Assembly (NCBI GenBank): GCA_902614055.1
Contig: CACMJX010000001.1
Coordinates: 189,189 to 253,188 of the forward strand
Source: an uncultured Pelagibacteraceae bacterium
GTDB lineage: Bacteria; Pseudomonadota; Alphaproteobacteria; Pelagibacterales; Pelagibacteraceae
Direction of reading: 5' to 3'
DNA: 64,000 nt
The notes under the pieces are model-generated. The model was not told where the DNA came from. It saw only the letters and a list, made by a program, of their open reading frames with translations, and made no database searches. Shown here in pieces: positions 21,590 through 30,641 of this stretch. Within the stretch, counting starts at the first letter, position 1; each line of letters opens with the position of its first letter. The translations under genes and the position numbers were made by a program.

Positions 21590-22414
21590 TTATTTTTTCC
21601 CTTTAAGATTAATTTTTATATCTGACAGATCAACTAATTTCTTTTTATAATTACTTCTTACAAATCCTTTGCTTGTGATATCTTTTACCAATTTTAAGAA
21701 TTGAGTTTTATCTTCATTATTTTCATCCGTGCCAGTTTCATCCAAAGTTTCAGATCCTCCAATAGATGGTGTATGAGCTAGATCTTCTCTATTAAGATAT
21801 GATATTGCTAATTCTCTGAATATATAATCTAATATTGACGTTGCACTTAAAATTCTGTCATTCCCAAATACCTTTCCTGAAGGTTCAAATTTTGTATCTA
21901 CAAAGGCATTAACAAATTCGTCTAAAGGAACTCCATACTGCAATCCAAGTGAAACAGCTATAGCAAAGTTGTTCATTGTCGCTTTTACTAGCTCACCTTC
22001 TTTACTTGTATCAATAAATATTTCTCCTATTTTTCCATCTTCGTATTCACCTGTGTGTAGATATACTTTATGATCACCAATTGATGCTTTTTGGATATAT
22101 CCTTTTCTTCTGTCTGGCATACTAAATCTTTTACCATTCTTATCTTTAATGTTTTGAGCAAACGTTTCTTGGTTAATTTTAAGGCTATTTTTTTGCTGAG
22201 TTTGAGGAAGCTCTTTTTCAACAACATTTATCTTATTTTTTTCAATTTTTTCTAAATTTTTAGTTTTTCTATTATCCAGTTTTACGTCCAGGATCTCAAA
22301 TTTACCATCGTCTCTTTTCTCTATATTTTGTATGTTTTTTTCGTCTATATCATCTAGGTAATGACTTACTTTAAAACTACAGGTGTAATACGTTTCTACT
22401 AAATATTTTGCCAT
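21590..22414 (-). CDS. Stand-alone C-terminal (TSCPD/NrdJb-like) domain of class II ribonucleotide reductase with an unrecognised N-terminus
   Basis: [68 protein letters not shown] match the alphaproteobacterial NrdJ C-terminal region; catalytic domain absent. Confidence 0.85.
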   Translation of the reverse strand: MAKYLVETYYTCSFKVSHYLDDIDEKNIQNIEKRDDGKFEILDVKLDNRKTKNLEKIEKNKINVVEKELPQTQQKNSLKINQETFAQNIKDKNGKRFSMPDRRKGYIQKASIGDHKVYLHTGEYEDGKIGEIFIDTSKEGELVKATMNNFAIAVSLGLQYGVPLDEFVNAFVDTKFEPSGKVFGNDRILSATSILDYIFRELAISYLNREDLAHTPSIGGSETLDETGTDENNEDKTQFLKLVKDITSKGFVRSNYKKKLVDLSDIKINLKGKK

Positions 22415-22530
22415 TGAATTTCCTTATTTATTTATAAAATTGAATCTTAAAGTTATAAAGTATATAAAAATTTGAAATTTTAGTCTAATTTATTTTCTAC
22501 AATTTTAAATTGAAATAAAATTAAACATTT

Positions 22531-22890
22531 ATGTTGACAGTATTTAAACAAATTTTTACCTGGTGGAATCAACAGACGTTTGGAACTAGATTACAAATAT
22601 TTTTTTCAGGAAAATTAGTTGGGGAAGATAAAAATGGGAATAAATACTATGAAAGCAAATCAGGAAGAAGATGGGTAGTTTATAATGGAGAAGTTGAGGC
22701 ATCAAAAATACCCAATGAGTGGTATTCATGGATGCATTATATGAATAATCAAATAGAGAACAATCATGACTTAAAAAAATATCCCTGGCAAAAAGAGCAT
22801 TTATCGAATCAAACTGGTTCTACCAACTCCTATCACCCAAAAAAATTTAATCGTGAAATTAAAAAAAAATATAAAAGCTGGAAAAATTAA
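22531..22890 (+). CDS. NDUFA12 family (complex I accessory) protein
   Basis: VGED.NGNKYY, RRWVVY, EASKIP.EW.SWMH. Confidence 0.92.
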   Translation: MLTVFKQIFTWWNQQTFGTRLQIFFSGKLVGEDKNGNKYYESKSGRRWVVYNGEVEASKIPNEWYSWMHYMNNQIENNHDLKKYPWQKEHLSNQTGSTNSYHPKKFNREIKKKYKSWKN

Positions 22891-23257
22891 TTTTTTTTTT
22901 TTAACAGCTTTTTTTATAATTAAATCAAATTTTTCTCTTGCTGATACAATGCCAAAAAGTGAGATGATAGCTGAATTAAGTGTTCTTGATAAAGTAAGTT
23001 CAAAAAACACAAATATTAAAATAAAAGTTGGAGAAGAATTTTCTTTTCAAAATCTGAGTATAAAAGTTTTAAAATGTTACAATTCTACATTTGATGATGA
23101 CCCTGAAGTTACAGCATATATTCAAGTTAAAGATGTCTCAATGAATAAAAATGATAAAGTATTTGTTTTTAACGATTGGACTTTTGCTTCAAGTCCATCG
23201 ATAAGACCTTTTGATCATCCAGTATATGATGTTTGGCTAAAAAAGTGCTATGATTAA
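22853..23257 (+). CDS. DUF2155 domain exported protein
   Basis: LDKVS, C...., VFNDWTFASSPS...FDHPVYDVWL..C. Confidence 0.85.
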   Translation: MKLKKNIKAGKINFFFLTAFFIIKSNFSLADTMPKSEMIAELSVLDKVSSKNTNIKIKVGEEFSFQNLSIKVLKCYNSTFDDDPEVTAYIQVKDVSMNKNDKVFVFNDWTFASSPSIRPFDHPVYDVWLKKCYD

Positions 23258-24591
23258 ATAACTTTTTCATTATCAAGCCAACTAACATTGAAATCAGAAT
23301 TTAAAAATTTTTTGTTATTAAGTAAAACTTTATGAAGTTCAATCGTTGTAGTAATTCCTTCAATTACAAATTCATCTAATGATCTTAACATTCTTTGAAT
23401 AGCTTCTTCTCTATTTCTTCCATGTGTAATAACTTTACAAACCATGCTATCGTAAAAAGGTGTAATTTTATATCCTTGGTATATCGATCCATCAACTCTT
23501 GTTCTAAAGCCGGAAGGTTGATGACACATACCTATTTTACCTGGTGAAGGTTGAAAATTATTACTCGGATCCTCAGCATTAATTCTACACTCGATAGCAT
23601 GACCTCTTGGGTTCACATCATTCTGCTTCAGTGCTGTATCTCCTGAAAAAGCTATCCATATTTGCTCTTTTATTATGTCAATTCCTGTTACCATCTCCGT
23701 TACTGGATGTTCAACTTGTACCCTAGTATTCATCTCTAAAAAGTAGAATTTTCCATCTTCATATATAAATTCGACAGTTCCAGCACCTTCATATTTAATT
23801 TTGCTAACCATACTAACTGTTTTCTCAAACAAATCTTTTCTAACTGCATCATCTAAAACAGGACTTGGAGTTTCTTCTATAAGTTTTTGATGCCTTCTTT
23901 GAACAGAACAATCTCTCTCATGCAAATGCACTGTTCTATTTTTACCCGACAGCACCTGAACTTCTATATGTCTTGGATTTTGGAAAAATTTTTCAATATA
24001 AACTTCATCATTATTAAAAAATTTTTTTGCTTCTTGTTTCGCAGTTAAAAAAAGACCCTCAAATTCCTCTTGCTTATTGACAATTTTCATTCCTTTTCCA
24101 CCACCACCACCTGATGCTTTAATTAAAACAGGAAAGCCTATATTATCACAGATTTTTTTTGCTTCTTCCAAATCTTTAATTCCACCATCTGATCCTTCTA
24201 TAACAGGAAGCCCATATTCTTTTGCAACTTTTTTTGCTTGAATCTTGTCTCCCATCATTTTAATTAAATCAGACGAAGGACCTATAAATTTTATATTATT
24301 TTCTTCTAATATTTTTGCAAATTCATAGTTCTCTGATAAAAAACCATATCCAGGATGCACAGCTTCTGCTCCCGTGAGTTCAATGGCTGACATAATAGCA
24401 GGAATATTTAAATAGCTTAACGATGGTTGATGAGGACCTACACAAACACTTTCATCAGCTAATCTTACGTGCATTCCATCTCTATCCACGTCTGAATGAA
24501 TAGCCACTGTAGCAATACCCCATTCTTTACAAGCTCTTATAACACGTACAGCTATCTCACCTCTATTCGCTATTAGTATTTTTTTAAACAT
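23254..24591 (-). CDS. accC: Biotin carboxylase
   Basis: ILIANRGEIA, HPGYGFLSEN, ERDCSVQRRHQK, EMNTRVQVEHPVTE. Confidence 0.98.
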   Translation of the reverse strand: MFKKILIANRGEIAVRVIRACKEWGIATVAIHSDVDRDGMHVRLADESVCVGPHQPSLSYLNIPAIMSAIELTGAEAVHPGYGFLSENYEFAKILEENNIKFIGPSSDLIKMMGDKIQAKKVAKEYGLPVIEGSDGGIKDLEEAKKICDNIGFPVLIKASGGGGGKGMKIVNKQEEFEGLFLTAKQEAKKFFNNDEVYIEKFFQNPRHIEVQVLSGKNRTVHLHERDCSVQRRHQKLIEETPSPVLDDAVRKDLFEKTVSMVSKIKYEGAGTVEFIYEDGKFYFLEMNTRVQVEHPVTEMVTGIDIIKEQIWIAFSGDTALKQNDVNPRGHAIECRINAEDPSNNFQPSPGKIGMCHQPSGFRTRVDGSIYQGYKITPFYDSMVCKVITHGRNREEAIQRMLRSLDEFVIEGITTTIELHKVLLNNKKFLNSDFNVSWLDNEKVI

Positions 24592-24595
24592 TAAT

Positions 24596-25018
24596 TTAGT
24601 CTAATGTTGCAATTGTCTGACCAAACTCAACAGGCTGACCATCCTCAACACTAATTTCTTTAACAATTCCATCTGTTGGGCTTGGCACATGATTCATAGT
24701 TTTCATTGCCTCAACTATCATAATTGTATCACCTTTTTTAATTTTTTGACCTATCTCTATAAATTTTTTACCGCCTGGCTCTGGAGCGAGATAAGCTGTA
24801 CCAATTATAGGTGATGTAATTTTTTTAGAGTTATTAATTGAAACCTCTTCTTTAATAACCTTCTTTTTGTTATCGGGTACTACAGCATCAATATTTTTTG
24901 ATATTCTAGATTTTGAGACTTTAACCTTAATGTCTTTTTCAGTATACTCTATTTCCGTAAGATTGAATTCCTCCAAATAATCATTTAACTCTTTAATAAT
25001 ATTTTTGTTAATTTTCAT
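24596..25018 (-). CDS. accB: Biotin carboxyl carrier protein
   Basis: EAMKT biotinylation site, SPIIGT. Confidence 0.97.
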   Translation of the reverse strand: MKINKNIIKELNDYLEEFNLTEIEYTEKDIKVKVSKSRISKNIDAVVPDNKKKVIKEEVSINNSKKITSPIIGTAYLAPEPGGKKFIEIGQKIKKGDTIMIVEAMKTMNHVPSPTDGIVKEISVEDGQPVEFGQTIATLD

Positions 25019-25451
25019 TTTTTAAGATTTCATGCATAGAGTTTATGGCTAAAATATAGCCATTTATTCCTAAACCACAAATTATACCAGTAACAACTGC
25101 GCTTATAAGTGACTTATGCCTAAAATCCTCTCTTTTATAAATATTTGATATATGAAGTTCTATAATAGGTTTTTTAAAAATACTTAAGGCATCTCTAATA
25201 GCTACCGATGTATGACTGTATCCAGCAGCATTTATTATGATTCCATCGTGTGTTTTGCGAGCATCTTGAATAATATTTACAATATCTCCTTCAACATTTG
25301 ATTGTTTGATTTCTATATCAATATCAAAATCTTTTGCACTTTTTAGACAAATTTCTTCAAGATATTTATAGTCTTTGCTACCATATTGAGTTTGTTCTCT
25401 TTCACCTAATAGATTAAGATTTGGGCCATTAATAATTAATAATTTAGTCAT
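25008..25451 (-). CDS. aroQ: Type II 3-dehydroquinate dehydratase
   Basis: INGPNLNLLG.RE, INAAGYSHTS.AIRDA, ELHISN. Confidence 0.97.
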   Translation of the reverse strand: MTKLLIINGPNLNLLGEREQTQYGSKDYKYLEEICLKSAKDFDIDIEIKQSNVEGDIVNIIQDARKTHDGIIINAAGYSHTSVAIRDALSIFKKPIIELHISNIYKREDFRHKSLISAVVTGIICGLGINGYILAINSMHEILKNEN

Positions 25452-25467
25452 TAAAACTTTATATTAT

Positions 25468-25686
25468 ATGAATAAAAAAAATAAAATAAAAATAACAGTC
25501 AATGGTAAGCTTTTGACCGTAAGTTTTAAATTTTCTTTAAAAAATCTAATTGGAAAGCTAAAAACTCCAATTAACAAAGTAGCAATAGAATTAAATGAAG
25601 AAATAGTTGATAAAAAAAAATTAAATAAAATTTTTTTAAAAAATAAAGATAAAATAGAAATTGTACATTTTATAGGTGGAGGTTGA
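25468..25686 (+). CDS. thiS: Sulfur carrier protein ThiS
   Basis: Ubiquitin-like, ends IEIVHFIGGG; immediately upstream of thiG. Confidence 0.95.
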   Translation: MNKKNKIKITVNGKLLTVSFKFSLKNLIGKLKTPINKVAIELNEEIVDKKKLNKIFLKNKDKIEIVHFIGGG

Positions 25687-26459
25687 TGAAATTAGATTTT
25701 TTGAAAATTGCAAATAAGAAATTTAAATCCAGACTTATCGTTGGAACAGGAAAGTATAAGAACATGCAAGAGTGTGCAAAAGCAATAAAAATTTCTGGAG
25801 CTGAAATAGTTACAGTTGCAGTTAGAAGGGTAAATATATCAGATAGATCTAAACCTTTGTTGATGGATTATATTAATCCAAAAAAAATAATGTATCTTCC
25901 GAATACAGCTGGATGTTTTACATCAAATGATGCTTTAAGGACATTAAGACTTGCCAGAGAAATTGGAGGTTGGAAAATAGTAAAATTAGAAGTTTTAGGA
26001 GACAAAAAAAATTTATTTCCAGATATGATTGAAACTCTAAAATCTACTGAAGTTTTAACAAAAGAAGGCTTTAAGGTAATGGTTTATTGCAATGACGATC
26101 CACTAATGTGTAAGAGATTAGAAAATTCTGGAGCTTCAGCTATCATGCCACTTGCAGCACCAATTGGATCAGGTCTTGGTATCCAAAATAAAACAAATAT
26201 AAAAATTTTAAGATATCAAACAAAAGTCCCTTTGATAATTGATGCTGGAATAGGCCAAGCTTCAGATGCAGTAGAAGCTATGGAGATGGGTTGTGATGCA
26301 GTGTTAATAAATACAGCAATAGCTAAAGCAAAAAAACCTTTTCAAATGGCAGAGGCAATGAAATATGCAGTAATATCAGGTAGAAAATCTTTTTTATCTG
26401 GAAGGATTATGCCTAATTTTCTTGGATCACCTTCAACCACAAAAAAAGGGCTAATTTAA
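25686..26459 (+). CDS. thiG: Thiazole synthase
   Basis: SRLIVGTGKY, LPNTAGC, KLEV, MPL.APIGSG.G; ATG at 25686 overlaps the thiS stop. Confidence 0.98.
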   Translation: MKLDFLKIANKKFKSRLIVGTGKYKNMQECAKAIKISGAEIVTVAVRRVNISDRSKPLLMDYINPKKIMYLPNTAGCFTSNDALRTLRLAREIGGWKIVKLEVLGDKKNLFPDMIETLKSTEVLTKEGFKVMVYCNDDPLMCKRLENSGASAIMPLAAPIGSGLGIQNKTNIKILRYQTKVPLIIDAGIGQASDAVEAMEMGCDAVLINTAIAKAKKPFQMAEAMKYAVISGRKSFLSGRIMPNFLGSPSTTKKGLI

Positions 26460-28220
26460 ATTTTTTTTAAAATTTTTTCTTTTTTTAAATTTTTTTCTTT
26501 TAAACCCTGTTTTTTTTTCTTTTTTTAAATCTAAATTTTTATCTAGCTTTTCCTCAGAAATCTTTTGCAAATTTTCAACTTTATCAACTTTGTCCAATGA
26601 TTTGCCTGATTTTGATTTAAACTCAATATTATAATCTTGTAAACCTAGGTCTTGGCCAAGACTAAGATTAATTTTAACCTTATTTTTCTTTTTAAAATAA
26701 TCTAAATCTTCAGAAAAATATCTTTCAATAAAACTTAGAATTTTTTCATTAATATATACATCTACAATTTTAGCATTTGTTTCAAATATTTTTATTTCAA
26801 TAAGTTTAATTATTTTTAATGCCAAGGTTTCGTTTGTTAGTTTAATTGACCATTTAATATTACTCTCTCTTAATCTTTGTCTAGACATTTCAAGTAAACC
26901 AAAATTACTAATTCTCCCAATTTGTATTCTTGCTCTATCATTTCTACATCTTTCCTTTAGTTTTCTTTCTACTTGTTTTCTATTATTGAAGCTAAGCATA
27001 TCAATAAAATCAATTATGATTAAACCTGACAAATCTCTAATTTTTATTTGTCTTGCTATCTCCTCTGCTGCTTCAAGGTTAGTATCTAATGCTGTGCTTT
27101 CGACATTTTTCTGTTTGATTGATTTGCCTGAATTGATATCTATAGATACCAATGCTTCTGTTGGATTTATAACAAGATAACCACCAGAACTAAGCTTTAC
27201 TTCTGTTTTAAAAATTTCAAAAAGTTTTTTTTCGATATTCTCTTTAAAAAATAATGGAATTTTTTCTCTAAATTTTTTTACTTTTTTTAATTGTTTAGGC
27301 ATCATGATTTTCATGTAATTTTTAGCTTTTTGATAACCCTCATTACCCTCAACTATGATGTTCTGTGTTTCGTCATCGTACATATCTCGTATACTTCTTT
27401 TAATTATATCACTTTCTTGATGAATTAATGAAGGAGCAATAGAATTTAATGCATTGTCTTTTATAGAGTTCCAAATTGTAATTAAATTTTTAAGATCACC
27501 ATCTATTTCGTTTTTGGTTTTATTTGATCCAGCAGTTCTAACTATGATACCCATCTCTTTTGGAATCTCAATCTCATTTAATATTTTTCTTATTTTCTTT
27601 CTATCAACAGGATTAAAAATTTTTCTTGATATTCCACCACCTTTTGCGGTATTAGGCATTAAAACAATATACTTTCCAGCGATACTTATAAATGTGCTTA
27701 GAGCTGCTCCCTTAAAACCTCTTTCATCTTTTAATACTTGTACCAATATAACTTGATTAGGTTTTATTACTTCTTGTATTTTGTATCTCTTAGATGGAAA
27801 TTTTTTTTCATTATTTATTTTTTCTTTATTTTCATCTTCTAATTTTTCAACTGGATCATTTAATTTAACCTCTTCGTTACCTTCTAAAATTTGATTTTCA
27901 CTATTTTCACTTTCTTTAGAAAGTTCTTCTCTTACTTTTTCCTCTTCTTCTTTTATTTTTTCTAAATCACTTTGAGGTAGTTGATAGTAATCTGATTGAA
28001 TATCATTAAATGATAAAAAACCATGTCTATCTCTTCCAAAATCAACAAATGCTGCTTGGAGTGAGGGTTCTATTCTGCTTACTTTTCCTAAATAAATATT
28101 ATTTTTTATTAATGTGTTGTTTATACTTTCATATTCATAGTCTTCAATATGATTATCTTTTTTAAGAACAACTCTTGTTTCATTTGGATGCGATGCATCA
28201 ATGTATAAATTTTTTGACAT
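26451..28220 (-). CDS. rne: Ribonuclease E (short form)
   Basis: NIYLGKV.RIEPSLQAAFVDFG, GAALST.IS.AG, SIDINSG, IDFIDM, FGLLEMSRQR; acidic S1-domain insert typical of alphaproteobacteria. Confidence 0.93.
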   Translation of the reverse strand: MSKNLYIDASHPNETRVVLKKDNHIEDYEYESINNTLIKNNIYLGKVSRIEPSLQAAFVDFGRDRHGFLSFNDIQSDYYQLPQSDLEKIKEEEEKVREELSKESENSENQILEGNEEVKLNDPVEKLEDENKEKINNEKKFPSKRYKIQEVIKPNQVILVQVLKDERGFKGAALSTFISIAGKYIVLMPNTAKGGGISRKIFNPVDRKKIRKILNEIEIPKEMGIIVRTAGSNKTKNEIDGDLKNLITIWNSIKDNALNSIAPSLIHQESDIIKRSIRDMYDDETQNIIVEGNEGYQKAKNYMKIMMPKQLKKVKKFREKIPLFFKENIEKKLFEIFKTEVKLSSGGYLVINPTEALVSIDINSGKSIKQKNVESTALDTNLEAAEEIARQIKIRDLSGLIIIDFIDMLSFNNRKQVERKLKERCRNDRARIQIGRISNFGLLEMSRQRLRESNIKWSIKLTNETLALKIIKLIEIKIFETNAKIVDVYINEKILSFIERYFSEDLDYFKKKNKVKINLSLGQDLGLQDYNIEFKSKSGKSLDKVDKVENLQKISEEKLDKNLDLKKEKKTGFKRKKFKKRKNFKKNLN

Positions 28221-28301
28221 AAATTTTGATTATTTTTCATTAGTTTGTTTTTTAATTCGGTGCCTTAACTTTAACAAATTCAATCAATAATTTAAACTAA
28301 A

Positions 28302-30641
28302 ATGAGCAATTTAATAAAAAAACTGCTACTTGTTTTTACTGTATTCTCTATAGTTAGCTTTATTGCAATTTTTTCATTGCTTTGGACTTATTCAAATAAA
28401 TTGCCAGATTATAAGTTTTTAAAAAATTATAAACCGCCTGTATCTAGTAAAGTATATTCAGGCGAGGGTGTATTAATTAGTGATTTTTCCTCTGAAAAAA
28501 GAATATTTGTTCCTTTTAATGCCATACCAAAAAAAATAATCTATTCATTTTTATCTTCAGAGGATAAGAATTTTTTTAAGCACCCGGGTGTTGATGCCAA
28601 AGGGGTATTAAGAGCAATTAAAAATAATATTTTTAATTTAATAAAGTCAAATAGACTGGAGGGTGCTTCCACGATTACTCAACAGGTTGCAAAAAATTTT
28701 CTCTTATCCAATGAGGTAAGTTTAGATAGAAAGATAAAAGAAGCTATTCTAGCTTTTAGAATTGAAAGAGCTTTAACAAAAGAAAGAATTTTAGAACTTT
28801 ATTTAAATCAAATATATTTAGGTGAAGGCTCTTACGGTATTGCATCTGCTAGTCTTAGATATTTTGACAAACCAATTGGTGAGTTAAATTATTCAGAATC
28901 TGCTTTACTGGCCGCATTACCTAAAGCCCCTAGTAAATATAACCCGTATAAAAATAAAGAATTAGCAACTTATAGAAGAAACCTAGTAATCAAAAATCTT
29001 TATGAAAATAATTATATCTCCAAAAAAAAATATAATAAATTAATTAATTCAGAAATTAATCTAAAAAAGAGAAAAAGAATTTTTATAGAAGATACAAGAT
29101 ATTTTGTAGAGGATATAAGAAAAAAAGTAATTCAAGATTATGGATATGATAAAGTTCATAAACAGGGATTTAATATAAAAAGTCCAATTAATTTAGAACT
29201 TCAAAATTTAGCTTCAGAGTCATTACGAAAAGGATTATTAGAGTATGATAAGAGAAAAGGATGGCGTGGACCTTTAGATAACAGAGAGAATAAAGATTGG
29301 AACAAAAATTTAGATAAGTTTGATTTAGAGAAAACTATTGATTGGGAAATAGCAATTGTAAAAAGAATAGATAAATTTGAGACTGTAATTCAAACTTCAA
29401 AAAACGAAAATGGTGTTATAAATTATGAGGATATAAATTGGACAAGAAAAAATTTTGATCAAATTTTTAAAATAAATGATTTAATTTATGTAAAAAAAAT
29501 TTCTGATGGAATTTTTAGCTTGAGGCAATTACCAAATGTCAATGGTGGAATAGTTGTTATGGATCCTTATAGTGGAAGAGTCTTAGCAATGGCAGGAGGA
29601 TTTAGTTTTAAAAAAAGTGAATTTAATAGAGTATCACAAGCAAAAAGACAGCCTGGATCTGCCTTTAAACCTTTTATATATGCTTTAGCATTAGAAAATA
29701 ATTATACACCTTCCTCTCTAATTTTAGATGCACCAATCGTTCTTGATCAAGGAGAAGACCTCAAAATGTGGAAACCTGAAAATTATGGTAAAAAATTTTA
29801 TGGTCTGTCTACATTGAGAACTGGTGTTGAAAAGTCTAGAAACTTAATGACAGTTAGAATATCACAGGATTTAGGAATAGATAAAATAATCAACTTTTCA
29901 AAAAAACTGAATATTTATGATAATCCTGAAGAATTGTTATCAGTGTCTTTAGGATCTGCAGAAACCACATTATTAGATATTACGAGCGCCTACTGTTCAT
30001 TTGTAAATGGTGGAAAGTTGGTCACACCAATTATAATTGATAGAATTCAGGATAGTGAAGGTAATACTATTTTTAATAACGAAAAAAGATATTGTGAAAA
30101 TTGCGATCAAATTTCTTTTGAGGGTAATAATATTCCAGTAGTAAAAAGTAACTTCAAGCAAATCTTTTCTCCACAAACTGCTTATCAAATGACCTCAATA
30201 CTTGAAGGTGCAATACAAAGAGGAACTGGAAAGAGACTACGAGATTTAAATTTACAAATTGCTGGAAAAACAGGAACAACTAATAACAACACCGATACAT
30301 GGTTCATAGGATTTACATCTAATTTAGTAGTTGGGGTTTTTGTTGGATATGACTCTCCAAAAAAACTTGGAAAATATGAAACTGGATCTAAAACAGCACT
30401 GCCAATATTCAAAGAATTTATAAAAAACGCAGTTAATATTTATGAGGCTAGACCTTTTAAAATATCAAAAGGAATTAAAATGATGGTAATAGATGCTGAA
30501 ACTGGAGAAAAAGCAGATTTTGGCTCAAATAAAACAATTATTGAGTCTTATAAGAAAGAAAAATTTGAAAATCAGACATTTATTAGTAATGATAAATATA
30601 AATCTGATATTTATAAAAAAAATATTTTAAAATTTTATTAA
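28302..30641 (+). CDS. mrcA: Penicillin-binding protein 1A
   Basis: Glycosyltransferase motifs EDKNFF.H.G and GASTITQQVAKN; transpeptidase motifs S.FK (PGSAFKP), SRN, KTG. Confidence 0.96.
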   Translation: MSNLIKKLLLVFTVFSIVSFIAIFSLLWTYSNKLPDYKFLKNYKPPVSSKVYSGEGVLISDFSSEKRIFVPFNAIPKKIIYSFLSSEDKNFFKHPGVDAKGVLRAIKNNIFNLIKSNRLEGASTITQQVAKNFLLSNEVSLDRKIKEAILAFRIERALTKERILELYLNQIYLGEGSYGIASASLRYFDKPIGELNYSESALLAALPKAPSKYNPYKNKELATYRRNLVIKNLYENNYISKKKYNKLINSEINLKKRKRIFIEDTRYFVEDIRKKVIQDYGYDKVHKQGFNIKSPINLELQNLASESLRKGLLEYDKRKGWRGPLDNRENKDWNKNLDKFDLEKTIDWEIAIVKRIDKFETVIQTSKNENGVINYEDINWTRKNFDQIFKINDLIYVKKISDGIFSLRQLPNVNGGIVVMDPYSGRVLAMAGGFSFKKSEFNRVSQAKRQPGSAFKPFIYALALENNYTPSSLILDAPIVLDQGEDLKMWKPENYGKKFYGLSTLRTGVEKSRNLMTVRISQDLGIDKIINFSKKLNIYDNPEELLSVSLGSAETTLLDITSAYCSFVNGGKLVTPIIIDRIQDSEGNTIFNNEKRYCENCDQISFEGNNIPVVKSNFKQIFSPQTAYQMTSILEGAIQRGTGKRLRDLNLQIAGKTGTTNNNTDTWFIGFTSNLVVGVFVGYDSPKKLGKYETGSKTALPIFKEFIKNAVNIYEARPFKISKGIKMMVIDAETGEKADFGSNKTIIESYKKEKFENQTFISNDKYKSDIYKKNILKFY

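Noticed and set aside
22415-22530. NrdR box or cobalamin riboswitch upstream of the NrdJ fragment
   Set aside because: No convincing NrdR palindrome was seen, and the gap is too short and AT-rich for a riboswitch.
28252-28269. CtrA-like TTAA...TTAAC site between rne and mrcA
   Set aside because: The spacer is 9 nt rather than 7, and TTAA is very common in this AT-rich DNA.
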